Origin: Nannocystis bainbridge
GTDB lineage: Bacteria; Myxococcota_A; Polyangia; Nannocystales; Nannocystaceae
Assembly (NCBI RefSeq): GCF_028368995.1
Contig: NZ_JAQNDL010000004.1
Coordinates: forward strand, 416,001 to 480,000
Reading direction: 5' to 3'
Length of the DNA stretch: 64,000 nt
Part shown: positions 37,972 to 48,418 of the stretch, in pieces
Layout of the letters: every line of letters begins with the position of its first letter
Position numbering within the stretch: position 1 is the first letter of the stretch
Program-made: the position numbers and the translations under genes
Notes under the pieces: model-generated
What the model saw: only the letters and a program-made list of their open reading frames with translations
What the model was told of the DNA's origin: nothing
Databases searched by the model: none

Positions 37972-38451
37972 CTAGCCGGCGTCGCCGGGGAAGCGCGCGA
38001 CCTCGACGTAGGCCCCGGGGCCGGCGTCGCCCACGCGGCGGAACAGCACGGCGCCGCCGATAGTGTGCTCCTGGGCGTCGACGACCAGGTAGTCGACCGG
38101 GTAACCGGCGGCCAGCGCGGCGGCCTCGTCCTCGGCCGAGAAGTAGGCGCCGACCCGCGGGTGCGAGTGGTAAATGATGGTGGGCGGATCGTCGCCGTCG
38201 AAGGCGCGCGTGAACTCGATCAGCTCGCGGCCGCCGAAGTTGTAGCCGTTGGCCGAGGTCCGCGGGTAGGTCTCGGGGTCCATCGCGTGCAGCTTGTCCA
38301 TGAAGTTCTTGCACGGATACAGCCGCATGGCGTCGCCGCGGCCGCGCAGGTAGCCGCAGCACTCGCCCGGGAACTCGGCCCGCGATTGGGCGTAGATCTG
38401 GGCCAGGAGCGCAGCAGGGACGGCGAATTCGGAGGCTGGCGTTTCGGACAT
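37972..38451 (-). CDS. JAB/Mov34 metallopeptidase (Mec/CysO-cysteine peptidase-like)
   Basis: PGECCG, YHSHP..AYFSAED JAMM motif. Confidence 0.9.
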   Translation of the reverse strand: MSETPASEFAVPAALLAQIYAQSRAEFPGECCGYLRGRGDAMRLYPCKNFMDKLHAMDPETYPRTSANGYNFGGRELIEFTRAFDGDDPPTIIYHSHPRVGAYFSAEDEAAALAAGYPVDYLVVDAQEHTIGGAVLFRRVGDAGPGAYVEVARFPGDAG

Positions 38452-38456
38452 GTCCT

Positions 38457-39437
38457 TCACCACAGGTAGCGCTTCTCCCAGCGCAGCGGGACGAAGTAGC
38501 GGTCGCCGCGGTCGCACAGGATGGTGACGACCACGCCGCGGCGGCCCTCCGCAGACAACTGCTTGGCGATCCGCAGCGCGCCGGCGACGTTACCGCCCGA
38601 GGAGTGGCCGACGAACAGGCCCTCCTCCCGGGCGAGCCGCTCGGCCATGTCCCAGCCCTCGTCGGTCGGCAGCCAGATCGTGTCATCGAGCACGCCGGCG
38701 TCGTAGATCGCCGGCACGATGCTCGAGGGCAGGTGCTTCATGCCCTCGAGGCCGTGCATGGCGTCGTCGGGCTGGATGGCGACGCAGCGGATGTCGCGGC
38801 TGAACTCGTGGAGCCGGCGCGAGGTGCCGACGACGGTGCCGCTGGTGCCGATGCCGGTCACGAAGTGAGTGACGCGGCCGCCGGTCTGCTGCCAGATCTC
38901 GGGCGCGGTGGTGTGGTAGTGCGCCAGCGGGTTGTTGGGGTTGCCGTACTGGTCGGCGTAGTGCCAGCGCTCGGGGTGACGCTCGACGAGCTCGTGGGCC
39001 AGCACGATCGCGCCGTCGCTGCCCTCCATCGGGCTGCTGTAGACGATCTCGACCCCGTACGCGGTGGTGACCTGCTTGCGCGGGGCGCTGACGTTCTCGG
39101 GCATCACGAGGGTGACGGGCACGCCGAGCGCGGCGCCGACCATGGCGTAGGCGATGCCGGTGTTGCCGCTGGTGCTGTCGATGAGGCGCACGCCCGGGCG
39201 CAGCAGGCCGCGCGCGAGGGCGTCACGCACGATCCGCAGGGCGGCGCGATCCTTGACCGAGCCGGCCGGGTTGCAGAACTCGCACTTGGCCCAGATCTCG
39301 ACGCCGGGCGTGGCGCGATCGATGTGGTGCAGCCGCACCAGCGGGGTGTTGCCGACGAGGTCGACGATGCTGTCCGTTCGGACAGCTCGCCCCGGACGCA
39401 GGTCGCTCAGGAGTTGTTCGCGGCCGGTGGGCAGCAT
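38457..39437 (-). CDS. cysM: cysteine synthase, CysM type (probably sulfur-carrier dependent)
   Basis: GNTPLV, NPAGSVKDR, TSGNTG, GTSGT, HGLEGMKH; neighbours MoaD-like and JAB genes. Confidence 0.85.
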   Translation of the reverse strand: MLPTGREQLLSDLRPGRAVRTDSIVDLVGNTPLVRLHHIDRATPGVEIWAKCEFCNPAGSVKDRAALRIVRDALARGLLRPGVRLIDSTSGNTGIAYAMVGAALGVPVTLVMPENVSAPRKQVTTAYGVEIVYSSPMEGSDGAIVLAHELVERHPERWHYADQYGNPNNPLAHYHTTAPEIWQQTGGRVTHFVTGIGTSGTVVGTSRRLHEFSRDIRCVAIQPDDAMHGLEGMKHLPSSIVPAIYDAGVLDDTIWLPTDEGWDMAERLAREEGLFVGHSSGGNVAGALRIAKQLSAEGRRGVVVTILCDRGDRYFVPLRWEKRYLW

Positions 39438-39450
39438 GGGGCGTGCGCGC

Positions 39451-39723
39451 TCAACCGCCGGCGATCGCGGGGACGATGCTGATCTCGTCGCTGGCCTTGA
39501 CCGCGGTGCCGAGGTTGTCGAGGAAGCGGATGTCGTCCTCGCCGACGAACACGTTGACGAACCGCCGCACCTTGCCGGCCTCGTCGCAGATCCGCTCCTT
39601 GATCCCCGGGTAGCTCTGCTCGAGGCCGTCGAGCACGCCGGCGACGGTCTCGCCTTCGACGGTGACCTCTTCGCGGCCTTGGGTGTACTTGCGCAGGGGA
39701 GTGGGGATCCGGACGTTCGGCAT
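39451..39723 (-). CDS. MoaD/ThiS/CysO ubiquitin-like sulfur carrier
   Basis: IPTPLR, RRFVNVFVGEDDIRF, C-terminal PAIAGG. Confidence 0.92.
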   Translation of the reverse strand: MPNVRIPTPLRKYTQGREEVTVEGETVAGVLDGLEQSYPGIKERICDEAGKVRRFVNVFVGEDDIRFLDNLGTAVKASDEISIVPAIAGG

Positions 39724-39754
39724 GACGGTGTGTTCAGTATAATGAACAGGGCGC

Positions 39755-40489
39755 TCAGGTACTGCAAGCGGCGCTCGAACACGCGGGCCCCAGCGGGCCC
39801 CGGACGGGCCGGGAAACCTGCGGATCACACCCCGGGCAGCCTGCGCGCCGCGCGGGGCGGATCTGCTGCGGACGGAGCTCGCGGAGGTCGAGCGCGACGA
39901 GGGTGCCGGCGACGTCCGCCCCGGCGTCGAGGGCGACCGCGAGGTGCGCCATCATGAAGCCGAGCGCGCCCGCGGCCGCACCCTGGACGCCGACGGCGGC
40001 GCATGAGGGCGCGAGCTCGGCCGGCGGCGCGGCCTCGAAGACGCAGCGAAAGCAGGCGCCAGCGCCGTGACGCACGGCCATCGCCTGACCGCCCCAGCGC
40101 TGCACGCCGCCGATGACGAGATCGAGGCGATGCTCGCCGCACAGGTCGTGGGTGAGGAACTTGAGGTCGGGCTGGTCGCTGCACTCGAGCACGACGGTGC
40201 CCGGCGCCTGGGCCGCGAGCAGCGATGAGAGCGTGCGCTCGTCGAGCCGCAGGGGGATCGGCTCGACCTCGAGATCGGGCGCGCACGCCCGCAGGCGACG
40301 GGCCGCGGCCTCGACCTTGGGTGCGCCGACGTCACCGAGATCGTAGAGGACCTGGCGATGGAGGTTGGTGGCGTCGACGACGTCGCAGTCGACGACGCCG
40401 ATCCGCGTCGCGCCGCTCCCGACGAGCCCGAGCAGGGCCGGGCAGCCGAGGCCGCCGGCGCCGAGCACGAGGAAGCGACCGCCGGCCAT
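39755..40489 (-). CDS. HesA/MoeB/ThiF (E1-like) adenylyltransferase
   Basis: GAGGLG, DATNLHRQ, CFRC, PSC, CPGC; no rhodanese domain. Confidence 0.9.
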   Translation of the reverse strand: MAGGRFLVLGAGGLGCPALLGLVGSGATRIGVVDCDVVDATNLHRQVLYDLGDVGAPKVEAAARRLRACAPDLEVEPIPLRLDERTLSSLLAAQAPGTVVLECSDQPDLKFLTHDLCGEHRLDLVIGGVQRWGGQAMAVRHGAGACFRCVFEAAPPAELAPSCAAVGVQGAAAGALGFMMAHLAVALDAGADVAGTLVALDLRELRPQQIRPARRAGCPGCDPQVSRPVRGPLGPACSSAACST

Positions 40490-40495
40490 CGGGCC

Positions 40496-41443
<948 letters not shown>

Positions 41444-41458
41444 GCGAAGATCGGCGGC

Positions 41459-41875
41459 TCAGATGATGAAGTCGGTCGAGCGGCGACGGAAGCTGTCGCG
41501 CGCCTCGCCGAGCAGCTGCTCGAGGCTGAGCTGCCCCACCGCGGCCTCGAAGCGGGCGTCGACCGAGCGCTCGACGATCCGCGTGATCTCGTCCTGCGGA
41601 TCCCCGGTGACAGGGCCGCTGCTGGTGGGGGTCGACAGCGCCTGCAGCACCTCGGCGATCGAGATGTCGGCGGCGGGGCGGGCCAATTTGTAGCCGCCGC
41701 GCGGGCCGCGCTTGCCCACCACGAAGCCCGCCTTGCGGAGTTCACCGATGATTTCCTCCAAATACCGCGAGGGAATCGCCTGTTGCTCCGCGATGACGTG
41801 GGCCGAGGCGTATCCCCGGTGAGCGACATGGCAAAGGGCGCGCAGGCCGTATCGGGCTTTGGTCGTAAGCTGCAT
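41459..41875 (-). CDS. Rrf2-family transcriptional regulator (CymR-like)
   Basis: MQLTTKARYGLRAL, YLEEI, RGPRGGY; lacks the IscR-type three-Cys motif. Confidence 0.9.
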   Translation of the reverse strand: MQLTTKARYGLRALCHVAHRGYASAHVIAEQQAIPSRYLEEIIGELRKAGFVVGKRGPRGGYKLARPAADISIAEVLQALSTPTSSGPVTGDPQDEITRIVERSVDARFEAAVGQLSLEQLLGEARDSFRRRSTDFII

Positions 41876-42200
41876 TTTCCGGTGGGCCTTGATGAAAAGT
41901 CTGGGCCCGGACTTTGCCACAACTTCCCCACGTTCGTCATGGAATTCTCGCGGGAAAACAGTGGTGCAGGGACCCCGTTCGCATACCCTTTCACCGTTTA
42001 AAATTCGGGAAATTAGCGGGCGTCCGCGCGCAGGCTGGGTCTGCGCTGGTCTCGTGGGCAAATGGGTGAAAACGCGCGCCAGTCGGGGAGATCCGCGGGA
42101 CCCAACCGGGATCCGCCTTGCGCGAACCTCGCAGAAATGCGCAGGTGGCGCGACGGCGAGCGACGAGACTTCTCTCGGGCGGCCCCGGCGGCGATCGCCG

Positions 42201-42227
42201 TTGACACGGAGGCCATGGAGGTACTAC
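42201..42227 (+). promoter_or_regulatory. possible promoter of efp
   Basis: TTGACA at 42201 then TACTAC at 42222; spacing short (15 bp). Confidence 0.3.
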
Positions 42228-42240
42228 CCACCGCACGCCC

Positions 42241-42801
42241 ATGGACGTCTCCGAACTCCGCAAGAACGCAAAGGTCCAGCTCGACGGCCACCCCTACGTC
42301 GTCGTCGAATTCTTGTTCGTCAAGCCGGGCAAGGGGCAGGGGCTCTACAAGTGCAAGCTCAAGAACATGATCACCGGCGCGGTCCTCGATCGGACCTGGC
42401 GCTCGGGTGAGCGGTTCGATCCGGCCAACGTCGAGTCGCGCAAGATGCAGTACCTGTTCAAGGACCAGAACGGGTTCACCTTCATGGACAACGAGAGCTA
42501 CGAGCAGGTCGCCCTCGCCGACGAGATCGTCGGCGACGACTCGGCCTTCTTGCTCGACCAGATCGCGGTCGACGTCCTCTTCTACAACGACCGTCCGGTC
42601 GGCGTGACGCTGCCCAGCCACATCGTCATGACCATCACCGAGTGCGAGCCGGGCGTGAAGGGCGACACCGCCACCAACGCGACCAAGAACGCGACCGTCG
42701 AGACCGGCCACAAGATCCAGGTCCCGCTGTTCATCCGCGAGGGTGACAAGGTCAAGATCGACACGCGCACCGGCTCCTACGTCGAGCGCATCAACACCTA
42801 G
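42241..42801 (+). CDS. efp: elongation factor P
   Basis: KPGKG loop, FMDNESYEQ, PGVKGDTA, VPLFI, IDTRTGSY. Confidence 0.97.
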   Translation: MDVSELRKNAKVQLDGHPYVVVEFLFVKPGKGQGLYKCKLKNMITGAVLDRTWRSGERFDPANVESRKMQYLFKDQNGFTFMDNESYEQVALADEIVGDDSAFLLDQIAVDVLFYNDRPVGVTLPSHIVMTITECEPGVKGDTATNATKNATVETGHKIQVPLFIREGDKVKIDTRTGSYVERINT

Positions 42802-42808
42802 TCGTTCG

Positions 42809-43810
42809 ATGGCGGCCGAGCTCGGCGGGCTCGCGTGGCCCGCCCGCGTACAGATCTGGGACGCCGCGTTGGCCGCCGTGCGCGGCTATTTTCGCGAGGC
42901 GGGCCTGCGCGAGGTCAGCACGCCGGTGCGCGTGCCCGCGGTCGCGGTCGAGCCGTTCATCGAGCCGATCGCCGCGCCGCCGGGCCTGCTGGCGACCAGC
43001 CCCGAGCTGGCGATGAAGCGGCTGCTGGTGCGCGGCAGCGGGCCGATCTTTCAGATCGCCCACGTGTTCCGTCGCGCCGAGGTCGGCGATCGTCACAGCG
43101 AAGAGTTCCACCTCGTCGAGTGGTACCGCCTCGGCGCCGATCTCGATCCGCTGCTCGCCGACGTCGAGGCGCTCGTAGCCCGGGTGTTCGCTGCGACAGG
43201 TACGAACGGACATGTCCCGAAGACCTGGCAGCGCGCGCGCTTCGGCGACGTGGTGACCGCGACCTGCGGCGCGCGCCTGCGCGGCGACGAGGGGCCCGAC
43301 GCCTTGGTGGCCGCGCTGCCGCCGGCGCTGGCCGCCGAGGTGGTCGCGGCGCTGGTGCCGGCCGCGGGCGCGGACCCGGCGGCGCGGACCCTGATGGCGT
43401 GGACGGCTTTCTTTACTGCCTGGTCGGACATGTTCTTCGAGACATGGCTGAAAGGACATGAAGGTACGCACCTGGTCGACTTCCCGGCGCCGCTCGCGGC
43501 GCTGGCGGTGACCGACCCGGAGCGGCCGTGGCTGGCGCGGCGGGCCGAGTGCCACGTCGGCGGGCTGGAGATCGCCAACGGCTACGTCGAGCTGCGCGAC
43601 GCCGACGAGCAGCGGCGTCGGTTCGCGGCGGTCAACGAGCTGCGGCGGGCCCACGGCTCGGCGGCGCTGCCGATCGACGACGAATTCCTGACCGAGCTGC
43701 CCGGGCTGCCGCCGTGCGCCGGGATCGCTCTCGGCCTCGACCGCCTGATCACCCTCGCAGCCTGCCGCACGCGCCTCGCCGACGTCTCGCTCGCCCTCGC
43801 TGGCGGGTGA
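42809..43810 (+). CDS. epmA: EF-P lysine aminoacylase (EpmA/GenX)
   Basis: TSPELAMKRLL, FR..E.GDRHSEEF..EWY, EIANGYVEL, GLPPCAGIALGLDRL; follows efp. Confidence 0.9.
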   Translation: MAAELGGLAWPARVQIWDAALAAVRGYFREAGLREVSTPVRVPAVAVEPFIEPIAAPPGLLATSPELAMKRLLVRGSGPIFQIAHVFRRAEVGDRHSEEFHLVEWYRLGADLDPLLADVEALVARVFAATGTNGHVPKTWQRARFGDVVTATCGARLRGDEGPDALVAALPPALAAEVVAALVPAAGADPAARTLMAWTAFFTAWSDMFFETWLKGHEGTHLVDFPAPLAALAVTDPERPWLARRAECHVGGLEIANGYVELRDADEQRRRFAAVNELRRAHGSAALPIDDEFLTELPGLPPCAGIALGLDRLITLAACRTRLADVSLALAGG

Positions 43811-44157
43811 GAAGACCCGATGCAGAAGGGGCTCGGGCGATCCACGGGCGCGAGCCTCGAGTGACTTGGTGTTCGGGGCAGGGGCGGGCGCCGGCGGCGA
43901 CCCCTGGCGGCACACCGCGACACCCTCGGCCTGCGGCGGCGATGCGGCGAGGGGGAGCGGCTCGCGCTGGACGGATGGCTAGGGCCGCGGGGATCCGCAG
44001 ATCGGACCGAGTTCGGACGCCGGACCGTGCAGGCCGCCTCGCACGTGCGCCGTGGCCTTGCGGCCCCGCCGCCAGGACCGGAGGTCGGCCCGCGGTCGCG
44101 CTCGGAACCGCGGGGCGTCTTGAACTCCCCTCACATGTCTGTACACTGGCGCTCTCC

Positions 44158-45231
44158 ATGCGTCCGATTCTCGCCGCAGTTGCCGCGTGTGCCCTGTTCC
44201 TGGCGCCCGGCTGCACCAAGATCGCCGCGCGCGACTTCATCCGCGAGGGAAACACCCTCTACGCCAACGGGCAGTATCGCGAGGCGATCGAGAAGTACAA
44301 CGAGGCCGAGAAGCTGGAGCCCGACCTGGTCACGCTGTTCTGGAACCGCGCCTGCGCGGCCGAGAGCATCGTCCTCAAGATCAAGGATCCGAACCAGCTC
44401 GCCGATCGCAAGGTCTTCACCGACCTCGCGCTGTCGGACTTCAAGACCTGGCTCGACCGCGCCGGCAACGAGGTGACCGAAGACGACCGCGCGGCGTACC
44501 TCAACCACCGGCTCGCGCTGCTCGACGCCGACGAGCGCTGCGACGACCTGCTGTCCTACTTCCTCGAGCAGCACAACAAGAACTCGAAGGAAGAGGGCTG
44601 GTACACGCGCATCGCCAAGCAGTACGAAACCTGCGGGCGCACCAAGGACGCCGACGAGTGGTTCGTCAAGCGCACGGTCGACTTCCCGACCAGCGTGCGC
44701 GCCTACCTCTCGCTGGCGATCCGCAAGCTCGAGCGGCTCTACCCCGAGCCCGACAGCGGCGTGCAGTACAACACCAACTTGTCGGAGGAAGAGCGCCTGG
44801 CGCTCGCCAACGAGGCGATCGCCCTCCTCGACAAGGCGACGATGATCGACCACAAGTTCATCGAGGCGTACATCTACCGGTCGATCGCGTACACCCAGCG
44901 GCAGCTGGCGCGGCGCTACGGCGACGATCCGACGCAGAACACCGCCTACGAGAACCTCAACCTGATCCTCGCGCGCGAGGACGGCATGTCGGCGTGGCGG
45001 CAGCAGAAGGCGATCTGCGACATCAAGGTCGAGCCCGAGTGCCCGACTGACAAGGCGCCGGAGGGCCCGTGCTGCATGCTGGCGCCGCGCCCGATCTCCC
45101 CCGAAGAAGAGGCTTCCGACGCCGAGCGCAAGAAGGCGATCGAGGAGGAGATCCGGGTGCTCGAGAGCGGCGCCACGCCGGAGCCGGTCAAGGGCAAGGG
45201 CAAGAAGGTCAAGGGGCAGGGCAGCAAGTAG
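44158..45231 (+). CDS. TPR-repeat lipoprotein
   Basis: LAPGC lipobox; REGNTLYANGQYREAIEKY TPR; Lys-rich tail. Confidence 0.8.
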   Translation: MRPILAAVAACALFLAPGCTKIAARDFIREGNTLYANGQYREAIEKYNEAEKLEPDLVTLFWNRACAAESIVLKIKDPNQLADRKVFTDLALSDFKTWLDRAGNEVTEDDRAAYLNHRLALLDADERCDDLLSYFLEQHNKNSKEEGWYTRIAKQYETCGRTKDADEWFVKRTVDFPTSVRAYLSLAIRKLERLYPEPDSGVQYNTNLSEEERLALANEAIALLDKATMIDHKFIEAYIYRSIAYTQRQLARRYGDDPTQNTAYENLNLILAREDGMSAWRQQKAICDIKVEPECPTDKAPEGPCCMLAPRPISPEEEASDAERKKAIEEEIRVLESGATPEPVKGKGKKVKGQGSK

Positions 45232-45281
45232 TCGCGGCGCCCGCTTCGCACGCGGGCGTTCGGGGCCAGTGAGACCGCACC

Positions 45282-46085
45282 ATGTTTGAACACTATCTCA
45301 CGTACCAAAAGTCCGACCCCAAGCGTCAGCGCCGGATCGCGATCGCTTCGGTCGTGTCGGGCACGCTCACCTTCTCCGGCATCATCTTCGTCTGGGCCGC
45401 GAACAAGATGAACATCACCAAGGTGGACCCGCCGACGGTCCAGTTCTTGATGGTGCAGATGAGCGCCGAGGAGGCCGCGCCGCCTCCACCTCCGCCTCCG
45501 CCGCCCGCCGCGGCCGAGACCCAGGAGGAAGAGGAGAAGGAAGAGATCCCCGAGGAGGACGTCCCGGAGGAGATCGTTCAGCCGAAGGAGACGCCCGACA
45601 AGGTGCCCGACGTGAAGAAGACGGCGGGCGGCCCCAAGACCAATTCGGTGCCCGGCGGCGTGCCCGGCGGCGTGCCCGGCGGTGTGCCCGGCGGCGTGCT
45701 GGGCGGTGTGCTGGGCGGTCAGCTCGGCGGCCAGCTCGGCGGCGTGGCGACCAAGCGCGACGCGACCCAGGCGGTCGCGCCGAAGCCGATCGCGGTGGTC
45801 ATGGGCAACGCCATCTACAAGCCCGATCCCGAGAGCAACAAGCTCGCCGCGACCAAGGCCGGCATGTTCGACAAGCGGCCCGGCACCGTCACGATCTTCT
45901 TCTGCGTCGACGTCGACGGCAAGACGACCGAAGTGAAGACCAAGAAGAAGTTCCCCCACAACGACCCCAAGGTCGACGAAATCTGCCGCGACACGGTCAA
46001 GAAGTGGCGCTTCAAGCCCTTCATGGTCGGCGGCAAGGCGACCAAGGTGTGCTCCGAGGTCGACTTCAACATCAAGTTCAACTGA
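45282..46085 (+). CDS. TonB-family energy transducer
   Basis: N-terminal TM, poly-Pro and acidic linker, GGVPGGV repeats, C-terminal VDVDGK...WRFKP. Confidence 0.88.
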   Translation: MFEHYLTYQKSDPKRQRRIAIASVVSGTLTFSGIIFVWAANKMNITKVDPPTVQFLMVQMSAEEAAPPPPPPPPPAAAETQEEEEKEEIPEEDVPEEIVQPKETPDKVPDVKKTAGGPKTNSVPGGVPGGVPGGVPGGVLGGVLGGQLGGQLGGVATKRDATQAVAPKPIAVVMGNAIYKPDPESNKLAATKAGMFDKRPGTVTIFFCVDVDGKTTEVKTKKKFPHNDPKVDEICRDTVKKWRFKPFMVGGKATKVCSEVDFNIKFN

Positions 46086-46227
46086 CTTCAGGGCCCTCCG
46101 GGCTCGAGCGCCACCGCCTCCGGGCCTGAGCGCTCCACGGTCTACCGGCCCTGGTCCTCGCCGGCGCGACCTCAAGACTTCTGGCCTCGCGGCTCCACCC
46201 GCCGGCCCCGCCAAGACCCCAATACAA

Positions 46228-46396
46228 GGCCCTTCGGGCCTGATCCACTGCACGGCCCTCCGGGCCTGATCCACTGCACGGCCCTCCGGGCCTGATCCAC
46301 TGCACGGCCCTCCGGGCCTGATCCACTGCACGGCCCTCCGGGCCTGATCCACTGCACGGCCCTCCGGGCCTGATCCACCGCACGGCCTTCAGGCCC
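46228..46396. repeat. 26-bp tandem repeat GGCCCTCCGGGCCTGATCCACTGCAC (6 full units plus a partial)
   Basis: Units at 46228,46254,46280,46306,46332,46358,46384; each has a GGCCC-N3-GGGCC hairpin. Confidence 0.95.
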
Positions 46397-46430
46397 TCAG
46401 CCGACCCCAACGAGAAGACAGGCATCCGAC

Positions 46431-47167
46431 ATGGAGCTCATCGACATCACCACGCTACTCGCCAACACCGGCGGCACGGACTTCTCCCTCGCAGGCATGT
46501 GGGAGCAGATGGGCATCTTCGCCAAGGTCATCTTGGTGTTGCTCATGCTCATGTTCCTGCTGTCTCTGGCGATCGTGCTCGAGCGCCTGCGGGCTTACTC
46601 GCGGTCGCGGCGGCACTCGATCCAGTACATCATGCTGCTGCGCAACTTCTTGCAGGAGCGCAAGCTGCAAGAGGCGGTCGCGGCGGCGCAGACCCACGGC
46701 GACAGCCCGCTGGCCAAGGTCGTCGGCGCCGGTCTGAACGAGTACATCAAGGGCATGGAGGCCCTCAACGAGGAGGGTCCCGAGGATGTCGGCGACTTCG
46801 ACCTCGTCGACGCGGTCAACCGCCAGCTCGAGCGCGCCAAGGAGCGTGAGACGGCCAACCTCAAGCGCGGCCTGACCTCGCTGGCGACCGTCGGCACCAC
46901 CGCCCCGTTCGTCGGCCTCCTCGGCACCGTGGTCGGCATCATCAACTCGTTCCAGGGCATCTCGTCCGACGGCGGCGGCGGTCTGTCGTCGGTCGCCGGC
47001 GGGATCTCCGAGGCCCTCGTCGCCACCGCGGTGGGCCTCCTCGTCGCCATCCCGGCGGTCGTGATGTTCAACTCCTTCAACGCGCGGGTCGAGGGCTTCC
47101 AGATCGACATGAACGACGTGGCGTCGGAGCTCATCGACTTCGTCCTCAAGGAAGGGCGCTACCCCTG

Positions 47168-47168
<1 letters not shown>
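46431..47168 (+). CDS. MotA/TolQ/ExbB proton channel
   Basis: LATVGTTAPFVGLLGTVVGI, GGISEALVATAVGLLVAIPA. Confidence 0.95.
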
Positions 47169-47695
<527 letters not shown>

Positions 47696-47963
47696 GCGTC
47701 CGTGATGCTGCGGCCGGGCGAGCGGCCGGGCTGTCGGCGATGCCTCCAGGCGCTCGCGCCACCGACCCCGAGTTGTTCGCCGCGTCACCGAACCCGCCAT
47801 CGCCGAGCTCCCCGCGTCCGAACTCCGTCCGAACCAAAGCCCGCTCAAACCCCGCGGCGCGACCCTCCCCAGGGCGCGCCGCTTGCGTTTTTCCTATCCC
47901 TCCGCGGCAAACGGCGGTAGGCTAATTATCAGCGCGAGCCCTCGGCGGCCGCGAAGGATCACC

Positions 47964-48410
47964 ATGAGCATGTCCGCAGGTGGCTCCAAAAAGGGAGCCC
48001 AGAGCGATATCAACGTCACTCCGCTCGTCGACGTCTGTCTCGTGCTGCTCATCATCTTCATGGTGATGCTGCCGAAGAACGTGCCCGAGCTTTCGGTCAA
48101 GGTGCCGCCCGAGAGCAAGACGCGGCAGAAGCCGCAGCCCGAGAGTGAGAACCTCGTCCTCGGTCTGACGAAAGACGGGGCCATCACGATCAACCGGACG
48201 CCGGTCGACAAGGCGAGCCTCAAGGACACGCTGGAGAACCAGCTCAAGTTCCGCGACAAGAAGGTCATCTTCGTCAACTTCGACGATGACGCCGTCTACG
48301 GGCTCGCGGTCGAGGTGCTCGACATCGCCAAGCACTCCGGCGCTGACGTGCTCGGCATCATGAAGAACAAGGACAAGCCGACTCCGGACAGCTTGCGGCA
48401 GAAAACCTAA
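47964..48410 (+). CDS. ExbD/TolR family protein (second copy)
   Basis: INVTPLVDVCLVLLIIFMV; FDDDAVYG. Confidence 0.93.
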   Translation: MSMSAGGSKKGAQSDINVTPLVDVCLVLLIIFMVMLPKNVPELSVKVPPESKTRQKPQPESENLVLGLTKDGAITINRTPVDKASLKDTLENQLKFRDKKVIFVNFDDDAVYGLAVEVLDIAKHSGADVLGIMKNKDKPTPDSLRQKT

Positions 48411-48418
48411 CCGACTCG

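Noticed and set aside
36086-38686. Single 866-aa fusion ORF
   Set aside because: The upstream part overlaps the YcbK and JAB genes in other frames; the real start is the lipoprotein ATG at 37252.
37972-40489. Ubiquitin-like anti-phage system (CBASS/Bil-type E1-JAB-Ubl)
   Set aside because: No E2, cyclase or effector; flanking cysK/cysM and Rrf2 indicate sulfur metabolism.
46228-46396. CRISPR array
   Set aside because: Units are directly tandem with no unique spacers.
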